Below are positions 1-9,691 of a DNA stretch of 64,000 nt, one piece after another. The notes beneath the pieces are model-generated. The model searched no databases. It was not told the DNA's origin and saw nothing but the letters and a program-made list of their open reading frames with translations. Location of the stretch: the NCBI GenBank assembly GCA_041674225.1, contig JBAYWG010000001.1, positions 326,273-390,272 on the forward strand, read 5' to 3'. Source of the DNA: Minisyncoccota bacterium. Its GTDB lineage: Bacteria > Patescibacteriota > Minisyncoccia > Phycocordibacterales > JAACPR01. A program made the translations under genes and the position numbers. Positions within the stretch are counted from its first letter, which is position 1, and each line of letters starts with the position of its first letter.

Positions 1-1506
1 AATCTTTTTCTCTGTAGAGGCATCCACACGAGCCGTAAAATCATCTAGAAACAAAACTTGCGGATTCAAGGCAAGAGCCCTCGCAAGCATTATCCGTTGT
101 TTTTGTCCTCCAGAAAGCGACGTACCTCTCTCAGACACACTTGTATTCAAACCTTCTGGCAGTGTGTTTATAAACTCATCAAGCTCTGCAGTCTTTATCG
201 CTTTATTAATGCTCTCATCATTTGTAATTTGGCTAAAAGAAATATTTTCAATAACACTCATATTGAACATAACACTATCTTGAAAAACAAAAGCCACCTG
301 AGAATAAAGAGAGTCTCTTGTGTATTTTTCTAATTCAATTCCATCATATAAAACAGAGCCAGAAGTAGGAGTCGTCAATCCAAGTAATATCTGTAAAAGT
401 TGAGTCTTTCCAGCTGCTGTTGGTCCAATAATCGCTGTTTTGGTTCCAGCTTTTAGAGAAAATGAAACATCTTTCAAAATTTGTCTTTCTCCATAACTTA
501 AATTAATTTGTTTCAGCTCTACATCACCTTTAATCTTTGCTTCGATTGTTCCAGAATCTTTTTCTTCTTCTATGTCGATAATATTTTGTATTCTTACATA
601 AGATTCTTGTGCTCGGGATATTGTGCTAGAAATAAATCCGAGCATGATAATTGGGAAAATTAAAATAAACACATAACTATTAAAAGCAGTGAAGTCTCCC
701 AGAGACATTGTTGCATCTATAACAAACTTTCCTCCTAAAACTAGGATAATAAGAGAGGCCAGGTTGGCAATTATTCCAACAGAAGGAATTACAAAAGAAA
801 AATATCTCAAAATCCTCATACTGTTTTCTTTAGAAATATCGTTTTCTTGTCTAAATTTATTGTATTCTATTTTTCCAGAATCAAGCACTCGCACAATTGC
901 AGCACCTACAACACTTTCTCCAATAATAGTATTAAATTTATCTATTATCTCCTGACTCTTTTTAAACAGTGGACCAAGTTTAGAAAAAACTAATGCAAAT
1001 AAAATTCCAATTAAAGGAAGCAGAGCCAGTACGACTAGAGCAAGTTTCCAATTTATAGTAAGTAGAAGTATTGCAGCACCAATAATCACAACAACAGAAG
1101 ATATGGCAATTGATACAGCAAAAGAAAGAAACATTTTTATTGACTCAATGTCAGATGTAAAATTGGTTAAAATCTTTGCAGATGTCTCTGTTTCAATTTG
1201 ACGATAACTCAATCGTGAAATCTTATCTGCTAATTGATTTCGAATATCATAAGAAGCTTTTTCTGCTAAATACGTTTGAAAAATTCCCTGAAAATAAGTC
1301 AAAAGGAAAATTCCAAATGAAACTAGTGTGAACTGAATGTAATAATTTGTACCAATTTCCTTTCCTAAAACATAGGAATCAATACCAGAGGAAATAAATT
1401 TTGGAACAACCAAATACAAAACATTTGCCACAATTGTGGAGATACTCAAAAGCAATACTGGTTTCCAGTAACTTTTCAATAGAGAAAAGATATGTTTATT
1501 TTTCAT
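1..1506 (-). CDS. ABC exporter, fused permease + ATP-binding domain (runs off the left edge)
   Basis: Manual translation from ATG 1506 (MKNKHIFSLLKSYWKP...) gives a hydrophobic TM region, then Walker A GPTAAGKT, Q-loop VAFVFQD, signature LSGGQKQR and Walker B VLFLDD. Missing from the ORF track because it has no stop in the window. Confidence 0.92.
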   Translation of the reverse strand, partial: MKNKHIFSLLKSYWKPVLLLSISTIVANVLYLVVPKFISSGIDSYVLGKEIGTNYYIQFTLVSFGIFLLTYFQGIFQTYLAEKASYDIRNQLADKISRLSYRQIETETSAKILTNFTSDIESIKMFLSFAVSIAISSVVVIIGAAILLLTINWKLALVVLALLPLIGILFALVFSKLGPLFKKSQEIIDKFNTIIGESVVGAAIVRVLDSGKIEYNKFRQENDISKENSMRILRYFSFVIPSVGIIANLASLIILVLGGKFVIDATMSLGDFTAFNSYVFILIFPIIMLGFISSTISRAQESYVRIQNIIDIEEEKDSGTIEAKIKGDVELKQINLSYGERQILKDVSFSLKAGTKTAIIGPTAAGKTQLLQILLGLTTPTSGSVLYDGIELEKYTRDSLYSQVAFVFQDSVMFNMSVIENISFSQITNDESINKAIKTAELDEFINTLPEGLNTSVSERGTSLSGGQKQRIMLARALALNPQVLFLDDFTARVDASTEKKI

Positions 1507-1509
1507 AAT

Positions 1510-1923
1510 TTATCCAACTAAACTTCCGGCTGAAATATTTTCCCCTACTTCCAAAAGCGAGAAACCATTTCCATCTTTGTCATTCACTGCAAGTATCATT
1601 CCGTTTGATTCAAGTCCACGAATAACTCTCGGTGCAAGATTTGCCACAAATGGAACCTTTTTCCCAACAAGACTTTGCGGGTCTTCAAAATACATTCTGA
1701 TTCCAGAAAGAATTTGTCTTGGAGATTCTTCACCCATATCTACAGAAAGTTTCAAAAGTTTATCAGCATCAGGAACAATCTCTACAGATAAAATTTTCCC
1801 AATCTTAATTTGCACAGCTTTAAATTGATCAATAGAAATTTTTGGATCAACTTTTACCTCAACAACCTCCGGCGCAACGCTTTCTTCAGTATTTTGTGTA
1901 TTTAAATCTGGTGTATCTGACAT
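1510..1923 (-). CDS. tRNA-binding OB-fold protein (MetG C-terminal / Trbp111 / CsaA-like)
   Basis: ISIDQFKAVQIKIGKI...ADKLLKLSVDMGE...RQILSGI...NLAPRVIRGLESNGMIL; start placed at MSDTP. Confidence 0.9.
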   Translation of the reverse strand: MSDTPDLNTQNTEESVAPEVVEVKVDPKISIDQFKAVQIKIGKILSVEIVPDADKLLKLSVDMGEESPRQILSGIRMYFEDPQSLVGKKVPFVANLAPRVIRGLESNGMILAVNDKDGNGFSLLEVGENISAGSLVG

Positions 1924-1927
1924 ATTT

Positions 1928-2344
1928 TTATTTATTAGTATCAATATAACTTTGTAACATAATTGCGGCGGCTTGTGCATCTATTTGTTTTGTTTTTTGC
2001 ACTCCCCGATCTTTATGTCTTTCTGATAATTGGAAATGGGTTTTTTCTGCCTGCATCGAAGTCATAAACTCCGCATGAAAAAATACTTCTACATTTTTTG
2101 CTTTTAATTCATCGGCAAAATCTTTTGCTTCTTGCATGATTCTATTTTCTCTCATGTTGAAATCTTTTGACTCCCCTATCACAACCTTCTCCACTTCATA
2201 ATCTTCAACCAATTTTAAAACTTCATTAATTGAATCTTTGTTGTTTATGATTGTTGTATGAGGAAAAGCCAAACGAACGCCTTCATCAGAAAGCGCTACG
2301 CCGATTCTTTTTTCGCCAAAATCTATTCCCAATAATCTCGCCAT
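1928..2344 (-). CDS. ruvX: RuvX/YqgF family nuclease (pre-16S rRNA processing / resolvase-like)
   Basis: LLGIDFGEKRIGVALSD, EFMTS, IDAQAAAIMLQSYID. Confidence 0.93.
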   Translation of the reverse strand: MARLLGIDFGEKRIGVALSDEGVRLAFPHTTIINNKDSINEVLKLVEDYEVEKVVIGESKDFNMRENRIMQEAKDFADELKAKNVEVFFHAEFMTSMQAEKTHFQLSERHKDRGVQKTKQIDAQAAAIMLQSYIDTNK

Positions 2345-2402
2345 TGATACAATCTAATTCTTTTTTGCTTCAAACACAACCAAGCATTTATTAAGGAGTA
2401 TC

Positions 2403-2735
2403 CTATACTTCCAAACCTTCTTCTGCCGTTTGTGCATCAATCGGTCTATTCATCACAACAGGTTTGATGATTCCCCAGAAAAAAACCCAGTAAACTAGCA
2501 TTGCAAGTAGAGCGTTCCATTCAAAGATACTTCCACCAACACTGTTGTTTTGGAAAACAAATCTAAATGGCGCCATAAATACACCACTTAATGTGTAGAT
2601 GAAGTTTGTGAATCCGGCTGCGGGGTTGGCTCCAAAAAGTTTCAATAGTAATCTAAACAAAATTAATGTTTCGACTACATAGAAAAAATACCAAATTAAT
2701 TTTGTCGATTTGTACAATGATTTTTCGTTTGTCAT
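2403..2735 (-). CDS. YggT-family membrane protein
   Basis: FRLLLKLFGANPAAGFTNFIYTLSGVFMAPF; start uncertain (2735 or 2771). Confidence 0.75.
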   Translation of the reverse strand: MTNEKSLYKSTKLIWYFFYVVETLILFRLLLKLFGANPAAGFTNFIYTLSGVFMAPFRFVFQNNSVGGSIFEWNALLAMLVYWVFFWGIIKPVVMNRPIDAQTAEEGLEV

Positions 2736-2774
2736 GCAGTCCAAGACGTTGCTTCTGAGAAAATGTGACAAATC

Positions 2775-3995
2775 TTAATTTCTCTTGTTTAAACACAAAT
2801 AGAAAGATAGTAGAACCAACTGTAAAAGACCCACCAACAACGGACCGAATTTCAATGCAAATGATTGTGAAAAAACATAAACCAACAGAACAAAAACTAG
2901 TATTCCAACAACCCTTCCAAAATTAAGAAAGAACTCGTTATCAAAAATAAAAGAATATTCTTCCTTTTCATTGTTAGACATCTCTATTTCAGATTCCGCA
3001 AGAATAATTGGTTCTGCTCCAACATAATATAAATTTGAAAATATTGAGCCAATTAAAATATATGAAATAAAACTTACAGAACTTGGTAAAAACACTAGAG
3101 ATAAAGCACCTGAAAGAAATAATATATTAGAAACCAAAGATACTTTTACACGAGCTGTTTCTTTTGAAAATTTTCCATAAAAATATAGAACTACCGAACC
3201 CAAAATAGAAGCCACAGCTGTAAGAGTTCCCAACACACCCTCGTCCCCCAAGTGAATTAAAATTATAATCGCAAAAATAAAGCCAATACCATCAACAACT
3301 CCATGAGAAGTATTAAGTAAAAATCTTTTATTCAAAAATTTCTGAAGCTTGAATCTAGTAATAATCAGAGGTTTTGGACTAACATGATTACCTTTATAAA
3401 TTACTAATCCAGCTTTGATCATCAAAATAAAAGCAAAAATAAAAAGTATCCAATAAGCTGTTTCTACCTTATAAAAACCTGAGTTTGAACCTAAAACAAT
3501 AAACCAACCTGCAATAAAAGGAACCAACGCTCTAGTAGTCCAGCCCACCGCATTTATTAAACTAAAATAATAATTTCTTGAACTGTCTTTTATTTCCTTA
3601 AGCTCTAAGTAATTTCTGTTTGGCCAATACAAACCATATCCAAAAGCATTCATAAGCCCTATTAAAAAGAATAATAAGACCTGCTGGCTTTCAGAAAAAA
3701 ACAAAACAATAAGACTAGTTGCACCTGTCAAAAAAGTACTAGCCAAAAAAATATTCTTCAAATAAAATTTCCTTAATAAAATTCCATTGACCCAGAAACC
3801 AGCAGCTAAAGCAATATAGAATCCAATCTGATAAAAAGCGACAGCATAAAATGATTCGGTAAATCTCCAGATAAAAGCCGCAATAAAAATATTGGTTATG
3901 CTTTCTGCTGTGATTTGAAAAATATTAGATACGAAAAGCTTCTGAGTATTCTGATTTAATCTTTCTTTAAAGTGTAGTATCTCTGTTGTTATCAT
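2775..3995 (-). CDS. MFS transporter
   Basis: About 12 hydrophobic segments with the two-halves MFS layout; start placed at MITTE. Confidence 0.8.
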   Translation of the reverse strand: MITTEILHFKERLNQNTQKLFVSNIFQITAESITNIFIAAFIWRFTESFYAVAFYQIGFYIALAAGFWVNGILLRKFYLKNIFLASTFLTGATSLIVLFFSESQQVLLFFLIGLMNAFGYGLYWPNRNYLELKEIKDSSRNYYFSLINAVGWTTRALVPFIAGWFIVLGSNSGFYKVETAYWILFIFAFILMIKAGLVIYKGNHVSPKPLIITRFKLQKFLNKRFLLNTSHGVVDGIGFIFAIIILIHLGDEGVLGTLTAVASILGSVVLYFYGKFSKETARVKVSLVSNILFLSGALSLVFLPSSVSFISYILIGSIFSNLYYVGAEPIILAESEIEMSNNEKEEYSFIFDNEFFLNFGRVVGILVFVLLVYVFSQSFALKFGPLLVGLLQLVLLSFYLCLNKRN

Positions 3996-4215
3996 TTGAA
4001 TTTTTTCCAGTTTTCTTCTTCCCAAATACAAATACATACAGAATATCCAAAATTCCAAATGTATTTACCAAAAGCAAAACTATGAACCATTTCTTGCTGT
4101 TGTTCTTTGCAGCTCTCCAAAGTGACATCCCCTTCCAAACCAATGACCATGTTAATAAAACCAATAAAAGTGGCGAAGCAACGATCGCCATTGCTGATGT
4201 TTCAAAATATTCCAT
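3967..4215 (-). CDS. Small membrane protein (DUF5652-like)
   Basis: WSLVWKGMSLWRAAKNNSKKWFIVLLLVNTFGILDILY. Confidence 0.75.
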   Translation of the reverse strand: MEYFETSAMAIVASPLLLVLLTWSLVWKGMSLWRAAKNNSKKWFIVLLLVNTFGILDILYVFVFGKKKTGKNSNDNNRDTTL

Positions 4216-4245
4216 ATAAAAATTGTATCATTATTTTATTTTTTC

Positions 4246-5016
4246 TTAAACCAAATTTTTTGAACTAAATATATAATCAATAAGACTTTTCAAGGTTGTG
4301 GCTATTTCTTTATTTTTTATGACGATTCCTGAAGGATTTTTACCATCCTCAGAAACAGTATGGAAGCGAACTTCGTCTCTAAAAATAGAAACATCACATT
4401 GTATCGGAAACTGTTCTTGATCAATCTTAATCAACTCTTGCAACTTTGAATTTCTCTCAATCACTTTTTGAGATCCAGAGTAGACCGCTCGAAATCGTAT
4501 ATTATTTTCAACCCGTTTTTTATCAATTTCATCTAAATGTTTTTTATCAAAAATTTTAGGCAACAAATCATACGAATAAATTCCATAATCTAAACCTTCT
4601 GAAAATTCTTCCTGAGCAACAAATTCTTCAACAGACTGTCTCAACGCCTCCTTCCCCTCATAAAAACGAACAACAGGTCTTTCTCCGTCGTCTCTGCCAA
4701 TAGTTTTGAGTTCTGCCACAATATGTTCCGCTCGTTTCATTTTTTTAATAGTTTCCAAATGCTCACTTTCAACCATGTTCAATAAGACTTCCGGTGGCTC
4801 TGCTGCATAAAAAACTCTTTTTCCAACAACAACTTCTTTAAGTATTCTCTTTCGCAACAAAGTACCCAAGATTACATATATTGTCGGTTGCTTCATTGCA
4901 AGTTTTCTAGCAAGAGATGAAGCTTGTGCATGTCCAACTTTTAATAATGAAAGGTAAACTTTTGCCTCCTTTTCTGACAACCCAATATATTCAAGGTTTT
5001 TTTGATACATTTGCAT
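4246..5016 (-). CDS. TrmB-family transcriptional regulator
   Basis: N-terminal GLSEKEAKVYLSLL...TIYVILGTL wHTH, VRFYEGKEA linker and a C-terminal sensor domain. Confidence 0.85.
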   Translation of the reverse strand: MQMYQKNLEYIGLSEKEAKVYLSLLKVGHAQASSLARKLAMKQPTIYVILGTLLRKRILKEVVVGKRVFYAAEPPEVLLNMVESEHLETIKKMKRAEHIVAELKTIGRDDGERPVVRFYEGKEALRQSVEEFVAQEEFSEGLDYGIYSYDLLPKIFDKKHLDEIDKKRVENNIRFRAVYSGSQKVIERNSKLQELIKIDQEQFPIQCDVSIFRDEVRFHTVSEDGKNPSGIVIKNKEIATTLKSLIDYIFSSKNLV

Positions 5017-5178
5017 AATATGGTGATTCTAAAACAAACAGTGTCTTTTGTCAAAAGTTTATAATTTTAATTATAATATTTATTTTAAAATATGGCTTAA
5101 TATAATGATATATTTAATTAAAGTTATTTTTCTATAAAAATAGTTGAGTTTACTAACAAAAAATTATAGAGTGCAAAT

Positions 5179-5679
5179 GTGGCTAAGATGGCTACAAACA
5201 AACCAAAAAGAAAAAGTTCTTTAAAAGAAAACATGACTGAGTTCACATTAATAACAATAGTAATCATTATGATTATAAGTGGCATTACCATGACATGGAT
5301 AATGACAGCTCAATTGAAAAAGAGAGAGCTCCACAGACCATTAACAATACTTAAACTCTTCAACGAGGAGTTTATTGCAGGCAACGAATCTCTGACCCTT
5401 GGAAATACTGAGGGTTTGGAACTGGGTATTGTTCACTTCAAAAAAGCATTGAAGTTTTCTACCTTCCAAGAAGATAGACAGCTCAAGAAGGCAATCCAGC
5501 ACTTAAAGAAATCTCTTGCGTGCAACAAAGTGGCAGATTTAGGACCTTGGGGCTCATTATTTCGTTGGAAAAACTCTCTTGAGGATCGTCAGTATCATCT
5601 CAGAGAGGCATGGAAACCTATCCGTGAGATCAATGAAAATTTAAAGTCACAAGGCTTGGGTTGGGACTATAAAAAATAA
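5179..5679 (+). CDS. Hypothetical protein with one N-terminal TM helix
   Basis: 166-aa ORF between an AT-rich intergenic region and a terminator. Confidence 0.6.
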   Translation: MAKMATNKPKRKSSLKENMTEFTLITIVIIMIISGITMTWIMTAQLKKRELHRPLTILKLFNEEFIAGNESLTLGNTEGLELGIVHFKKALKFSTFQEDRQLKKAIQHLKKSLACNKVADLGPWGSLFRWKNSLEDRQYHLREAWKPIREINENLKSQGLGWDYKK

Positions 5680-5691
5680 TCCTAGTTTCAC

Positions 5692-5720
5692 ACCGTACAC
5701 TTAAAACGTGTACGGTTTTT
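5692..5720 (+). terminator. Intrinsic terminator
   Basis: ACCGTACAC/GTGTACGGT stem followed by a T-run, between convergent genes. Confidence 0.7.
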
Positions 5721-5727
5721 ATTTAGA

Positions 5728-6123
5728 CTACCCTTTTCTAAACAATCCCATCCATTGTCTTTTCGTCTGACACAAAAAGTAAACGTTTAAAATCAATAGA
5801 ATATTTCCCATCAGCGCACCCATTTTAAATAATCCCCCATCAAGAAAAGCGTGGAAGCCAACAATATTTAAAGTTATCGGCAACAACAAAAGTGCAGCTA
5901 GTGCCACTCGCCCAGTCCACAAAGATACCAGTGCGATTAGAAAAACAACCGACATCATCATTGTGATGTATCCGCTGTCCATCATAATTTGAATAAAATT
6001 AAATGCTTCAGGCGTGTTGTACATATCTGCTGTAGGTGCAGGAAAAATTCCTAAAGATCCTACAATCGGCATTACTAACATTAAGCTCAAAACTACCTTC
6101 AAAAAATTATTTAATATTTTCAT
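5728..6123 (-). CDS. DoxX-like membrane protein
   Basis: 4 TM segments; ALLLLPITLNIVGFHAFLD motif. Confidence 0.65.
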   Translation of the reverse strand: MKILNNFLKVVLSLMLVMPIVGSLGIFPAPTADMYNTPEAFNFIQIMMDSGYITMMMSVVFLIALVSLWTGRVALAALLLLPITLNIVGFHAFLDGGLFKMGALMGNILLILNVYFLCQTKRQWMGLFRKG

Positions 6124-6148
6124 AATGGTTTTATTTTACTACAACTAA

Positions 6149-6553
6149 CTATCTGTTCAAATAAGTAATTGTAAGTTGCAAACATGTGGCAAAAGTTCCC
6201 CACAGAAGGTACGGGATATTCACATAAACAATCCAACGAAGATCCGGCGAAGCATTCCACAAAGCAACAAAAGCCCACACTAAAGTTCCGACAACAAGAA
6301 GAATATCAATCGAAGCTAGAAGATTATTTTTTAATCCAAACTGAATCGGTGTGAACGCAAGATTGAAAAGTAGATTCAGAGCAAAAGGAAGTGCGACAAG
6401 CCAAGGTAACTTTCCATTAAATGCTTTATAGAAAACAGTACCGAAAGAAACAAATATGATTGCATAAAGCACAGTCCACACTGGGCCAAAAATCCAAGAT
6501 GGTGGAGCCCATGAGGGTTTTATAAGATTTAGATATTGTGTAGGTTCATTCAT
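6149..6553 (-). CDS. tspO: TspO/MBR tryptophan-rich sensory protein
   Basis: LIKPSWAPPSWIFGPVWTVLY...PYLLWGTFATCL. Confidence 0.93.
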   Translation of the reverse strand: MNEPTQYLNLIKPSWAPPSWIFGPVWTVLYAIIFVSFGTVFYKAFNGKLPWLVALPFALNLLFNLAFTPIQFGLKNNLLASIDILLVVGTLVWAFVALWNASPDLRWIVYVNIPYLLWGTFATCLQLTITYLNR

Positions 6554-6599
6554 GTGCTCTATTGTACTACTTTTCAAAAGTTAAATTCGACTCAGACAA

Positions 6600-6641
6600 A
6601 ACAGAAAGAGACGGACGCGCACGCATCCGTCTCTTTCTGTT
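6600..6641 (-). terminator. 16-bp perfect hairpin, terminator-like on the minus strand
   Basis: AACAGAAAGAGACGGA/TCCGTCTCTTTCTGTT; the stem extends by a G-U pair and is followed by a T-run only on the minus strand. Confidence 0.6.
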
Positions 6642-6753
6642 CACTTTCGGTTAGGAAAACGAAGTGGTTGTAGTGTATCACCCCAGCTGGACTTTAAGCA
6701 ATAATTTAGTAATGTCTATCACGAACAACAAAAACAAATTTAGTGATAGTTCT

Positions 6754-7746
6754 ATGAAAAAAATAGCAATCGTTGGAATAGGAGCCGTCGGCACAGAGCT
6801 GATTCGACTCCTGGTAAAAAGAAAATTTCCATTTAGTTCGATAACAATTTTGGCACGTTCAGAGCGGACCGAAATAATCGATGGGAAACCTTACGAGGTG
6901 AGAAAAGCAGAACCGGAATCATTCAATGATATCGATCTCGCTTTTTTTGCCGGGACCGAAGGTTCGACTGGAGCCTCAAAGATGCTTGGTTTTGAAGCTA
7001 TCGAGAGAGCATGTATGGTGATCGATAACGGTGACGATTACAGAATGGACGAAAGAGTTCCGCTCGTAATCCCTGAAATCAATGGGGAGGACATCAAGAA
7101 ACATCAAGGGTTAATTGCAAATCCAAACTGCAGTACGATCATTACACTGATGACTCTTGCACCGCTTCACAAGGCAGCAAAGATTAAGAGAATTGTGGCT
7201 AGTACCTATCAAGCCGTTTCTGGAACAGGTACAAATGGAATCAATGAGCTCGAGACTCAAATTAAGTCTTGGGCAAAAGGAGACCCGATGTTGAAGGAGG
7301 TGTATCCACATCAAATTGCGTTCAACGTTATTCCTCATGTCGGTTCATTCAAAAATGATTCCGAAGAAAGCACCGAGGAAATAAAAATGCGTCGAGAGAT
7401 TCATAAAATTCTCGGTGATTCTTCGATTCGAATCGCAACAACTTGTGTTCGTGTACCAGTCTTTAATGGTCACAGTGTTTCAATTAATGTTGAGTTTGAA
7501 GAACCTCTCAGCGCACAACGTGCCAAGGAAATCTTGGAAGAAACTAATGGAGTATTCGTGATGGATGAACGAGCAAACAACATCTACCCGATGCCGATAG
7601 AAGCTTCTGGTCAATACGACGTGTTGGTCGGGCGAATTCGCAAGGACCAGAGTGCCGAAAATGGTTTGATGCTCTGGTGCTCAGGAGACAACATTTGGAA
7701 AGGTGCGGCACAGAATGCAATCCAAATTGCTGAATTGCTCAAGTAA
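6754..7746 (+). CDS. asd: Aspartate-semialdehyde dehydrogenase
   Basis: Rossmann GIGAVG, IANPNCST catalytic Cys, STYQAVSGTG, TCVRVPVFNGHS, GDNIWKGAAQNAIQIAE. Confidence 0.96.
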   Translation: MKKIAIVGIGAVGTELIRLLVKRKFPFSSITILARSERTEIIDGKPYEVRKAEPESFNDIDLAFFAGTEGSTGASKMLGFEAIERACMVIDNGDDYRMDERVPLVIPEINGEDIKKHQGLIANPNCSTIITLMTLAPLHKAAKIKRIVASTYQAVSGTGTNGINELETQIKSWAKGDPMLKEVYPHQIAFNVIPHVGSFKNDSEESTEEIKMRREIHKILGDSSIRIATTCVRVPVFNGHSVSINVEFEEPLSAQRAKEILEETNGVFVMDERANNIYPMPIEASGQYDVLVGRIRKDQSAENGLMLWCSGDNIWKGAAQNAIQIAELLK

Positions 7747-7751
7747 GACTC

Positions 7752-7786
7752 AAAGAGTTGGTGGATTTTTCCACCAACTCTTTTTT
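7752..7786. terminator. Bidirectional intrinsic terminator
   Basis: AAAGAGTTGGTGGA/TCCACCAACTCTTT stem between convergent genes. Confidence 0.8.
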
Positions 7787-8405
7787 ATTTTAAAAGTAAA
7801 TCCCAATTCTCCCACAACTCCAAAATTATTTCTCGAATTTCTGGAATATTTCTTATTTCACCAATCAATTCATTTACCTCTAAAGCAACTTCTTCTGAAT
7901 ATCCAAGTCCAAGAATAAAATTCTTTCGAGAAATATCGGTAGGAGAATCTTTAAAATATTCTTGCAACAAAAAGTGCCACATCTTTACACCCTCACCTTG
8001 CGCAACGAGTTGCGTCTCTTCAGGTAAAACTTTATCCAAAAATTTTGCCACTTCATTCCAATCAGAAACTTTTGAATAAAGAATTTCGTCTTCGTAAATT
8101 TTGATAGCTTGTGTGATAAATTTTGAATCAGGAACAATAGAATAAATCCCCTTCTCTACCATATATTTTTCTCGCGCTTCATCTACAAGGCTGTGGTATT
8201 TCAAACCAGCAATAAAAGAGTTTTCTTCATCTAAAACATCTTTAATAGACAATCCTTTGAGATGAGTCTTCTCTCGATCTATTATTTTCAGATATCGAAT
8301 ATCAGGAAAGACTGTACCAACAAGAAAAGATTCTTTATCAAACTTTTTAAAAAGTTCATCTGACATTTTTTCTGCTAGAACGATGTGTGTGATTTGGTTT
8401 GCCAT
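7785..8405 (-). CDS. Zinc-dependent phospholipase C-like protein (putative)
   Basis: N-terminal THIVLAE, FLVGTVFPDI and GLKYHSLVD pattern. Confidence 0.55.
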   Translation of the reverse strand: MANQITHIVLAEKMSDELFKKFDKESFLVGTVFPDIRYLKIIDREKTHLKGLSIKDVLDEENSFIAGLKYHSLVDEAREKYMVEKGIYSIVPDSKFITQAIKIYEDEILYSKVSDWNEVAKFLDKVLPEETQLVAQGEGVKMWHFLLQEYFKDSPTDISRKNFILGLGYSEEVALEVNELIGEIRNIPEIREIILELWENWDLLLK

Positions 8406-8450
8406 TGTGAGAATATTTTAACTTATATGAAGGTGTTTGAGTATTAGAGT

Positions 8451-9062
8451 TTACTTTTCAACAACAGCAACACCCTTATATAACAATCCAAGTAGTCTAG
8501 ATTTTTGATAAAATTTCTCTAGTTTTTGCATTTCAAATCCAGCATTAAGAATTAGTTTTTCTACATCCCTGTTCATATGACACCCTCCCGCAACTCTTTT
8601 TGAGATTGGAGTGAATAGATTTTGCATTTTCGAAACTAAAGTATTTGGAGATTTACCGTGTTCAATAAATAAAAATTTGCCGCTTGGTTTTAAAACTCTC
8701 AAGATTTCTTTAAGTGCTATTTCAGGGTTCGGAATACTGCACAGAGTCCATGTAGATACGACAGAATCAACACTATTATCAGGGAGTGGAATTATTTCTG
8801 CCGAAGCTTGAAGATATTCCACTGGAAATAAAACACTTTTAATTCTTTCTTGTGCGAGTTGATACAACTCTTGCGAAGGATCGAGAGCATAAAATTTATT
8901 TATATTTTTATAATAAGAAAGATTAAGTCCGGAGCCAAAACCAATTTCAAGCACAACACCACTCGCCCCTCCGGCAACACCTGCACGATACTTTTCCAAA
9001 TCCTTATTCCTCATCACAAGGTTTATGTATTTAGGAAGAATATATTTGTTGTATAGGTTCAT
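8451..9062 (-). CDS. Class I SAM-dependent methyltransferase
   Basis: VLEIGFGSGLN, DSVVSTWTLCSI, EILRVLKPSG, FIEHG. Confidence 0.92.
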   Translation of the reverse strand: MNLYNKYILPKYINLVMRNKDLEKYRAGVAGGASGVVLEIGFGSGLNLSYYKNINKFYALDPSQELYQLAQERIKSVLFPVEYLQASAEIIPLPDNSVDSVVSTWTLCSIPNPEIALKEILRVLKPSGKFLFIEHGKSPNTLVSKMQNLFTPISKRVAGGCHMNRDVEKLILNAGFEMQKLEKFYQKSRLLGLLYKGVAVVEK

Positions 9063-9565
9063 TACTTTTTATTATATTGAGCAAGAGCTTCTTTAATTAC
9101 TTCTAGTTTAAACGTTTTATCTTCAATATAGTTTTTATACTCATCAAAACTAATCCATTTGATTTCAGTAATATTTCCAGCTACGTCTTCAACAAAATCA
9201 CCTTCAGGGACTACATCACATAAATAAAATGTAGCATAATATAAATCTCCATCTGAAGCTTGAATTTTTTGATATGCGATCGGTTCCAAAGAAACAACAT
9301 TACAATTTGTTTCTTCAAGCACTTCTCTGTGTAGAGTTTCGATAATAGTTTCACCTTCATCTCTTCCACCTCCCGGAATACTCCAGATATTCCATTCAGG
9401 ATGCAGGACAAGAAGAATTTTATTATTATGAATACAAACGCCGTGGGCTTTCTTGATTAATTCATCTGGAATAGCAGAAAAATCATTGGTATTTTTATGC
9501 ACCACATCGCACCGTTCTTTTTTATAAGTAATGGCTTTTTCAAAAATTATTTCTTCTTTGTTCAT
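9062..9565 (-). CDS. NUDIX hydrolase
   Basis: Nudix box PGGGRDEGETIIETLHREVLEET; start placed at MNKEE because the longer ORF runs through a tRNA. Confidence 0.9.
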   Translation of the reverse strand: MNKEEIIFEKAITYKKERCDVVHKNTNDFSAIPDELIKKAHGVCIHNNKILLVLHPEWNIWSIPGGGRDEGETIIETLHREVLEETNCNVVSLEPIAYQKIQASDGDLYYATFYLCDVVPEGDFVEDVAGNITEIKWISFDEYKNYIEDKTFKLEVIKEALAQYNKK

Positions 9566-9604
9566 AATCTTAATTCTATTTAGACCAATACTTTGTTCTT
9601 TCAG

Positions 9605-9691
9605 CGGAGAGAGAGAGATTCGAACTCTCGGTCCCCTTTCGAGGACTCCAGTTTTCAAGACTGGTGCATTCAACCACTCTGCCATCTCTCC
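9605..9691 (-). tRNA. tRNA-Ser(TGA)
   Basis: GGAGAGATGGCAGAGTGGTTGAATGCA CCAGT-CTTGAAA-ACTGG, long variable arm, GAGAGTTCGAATCTCTC; CCA not encoded. Confidence 0.96.

Noticed and set aside
6590-6753. Lysine riboswitch or leader-peptide attenuator ahead of asd
   Set aside because: No AGAGG/AGUA/GAAAGG lysine-riboswitch consensus and no Lys/Thr/Met-rich leader ORF; hairpin polarity favours the opposite strand.
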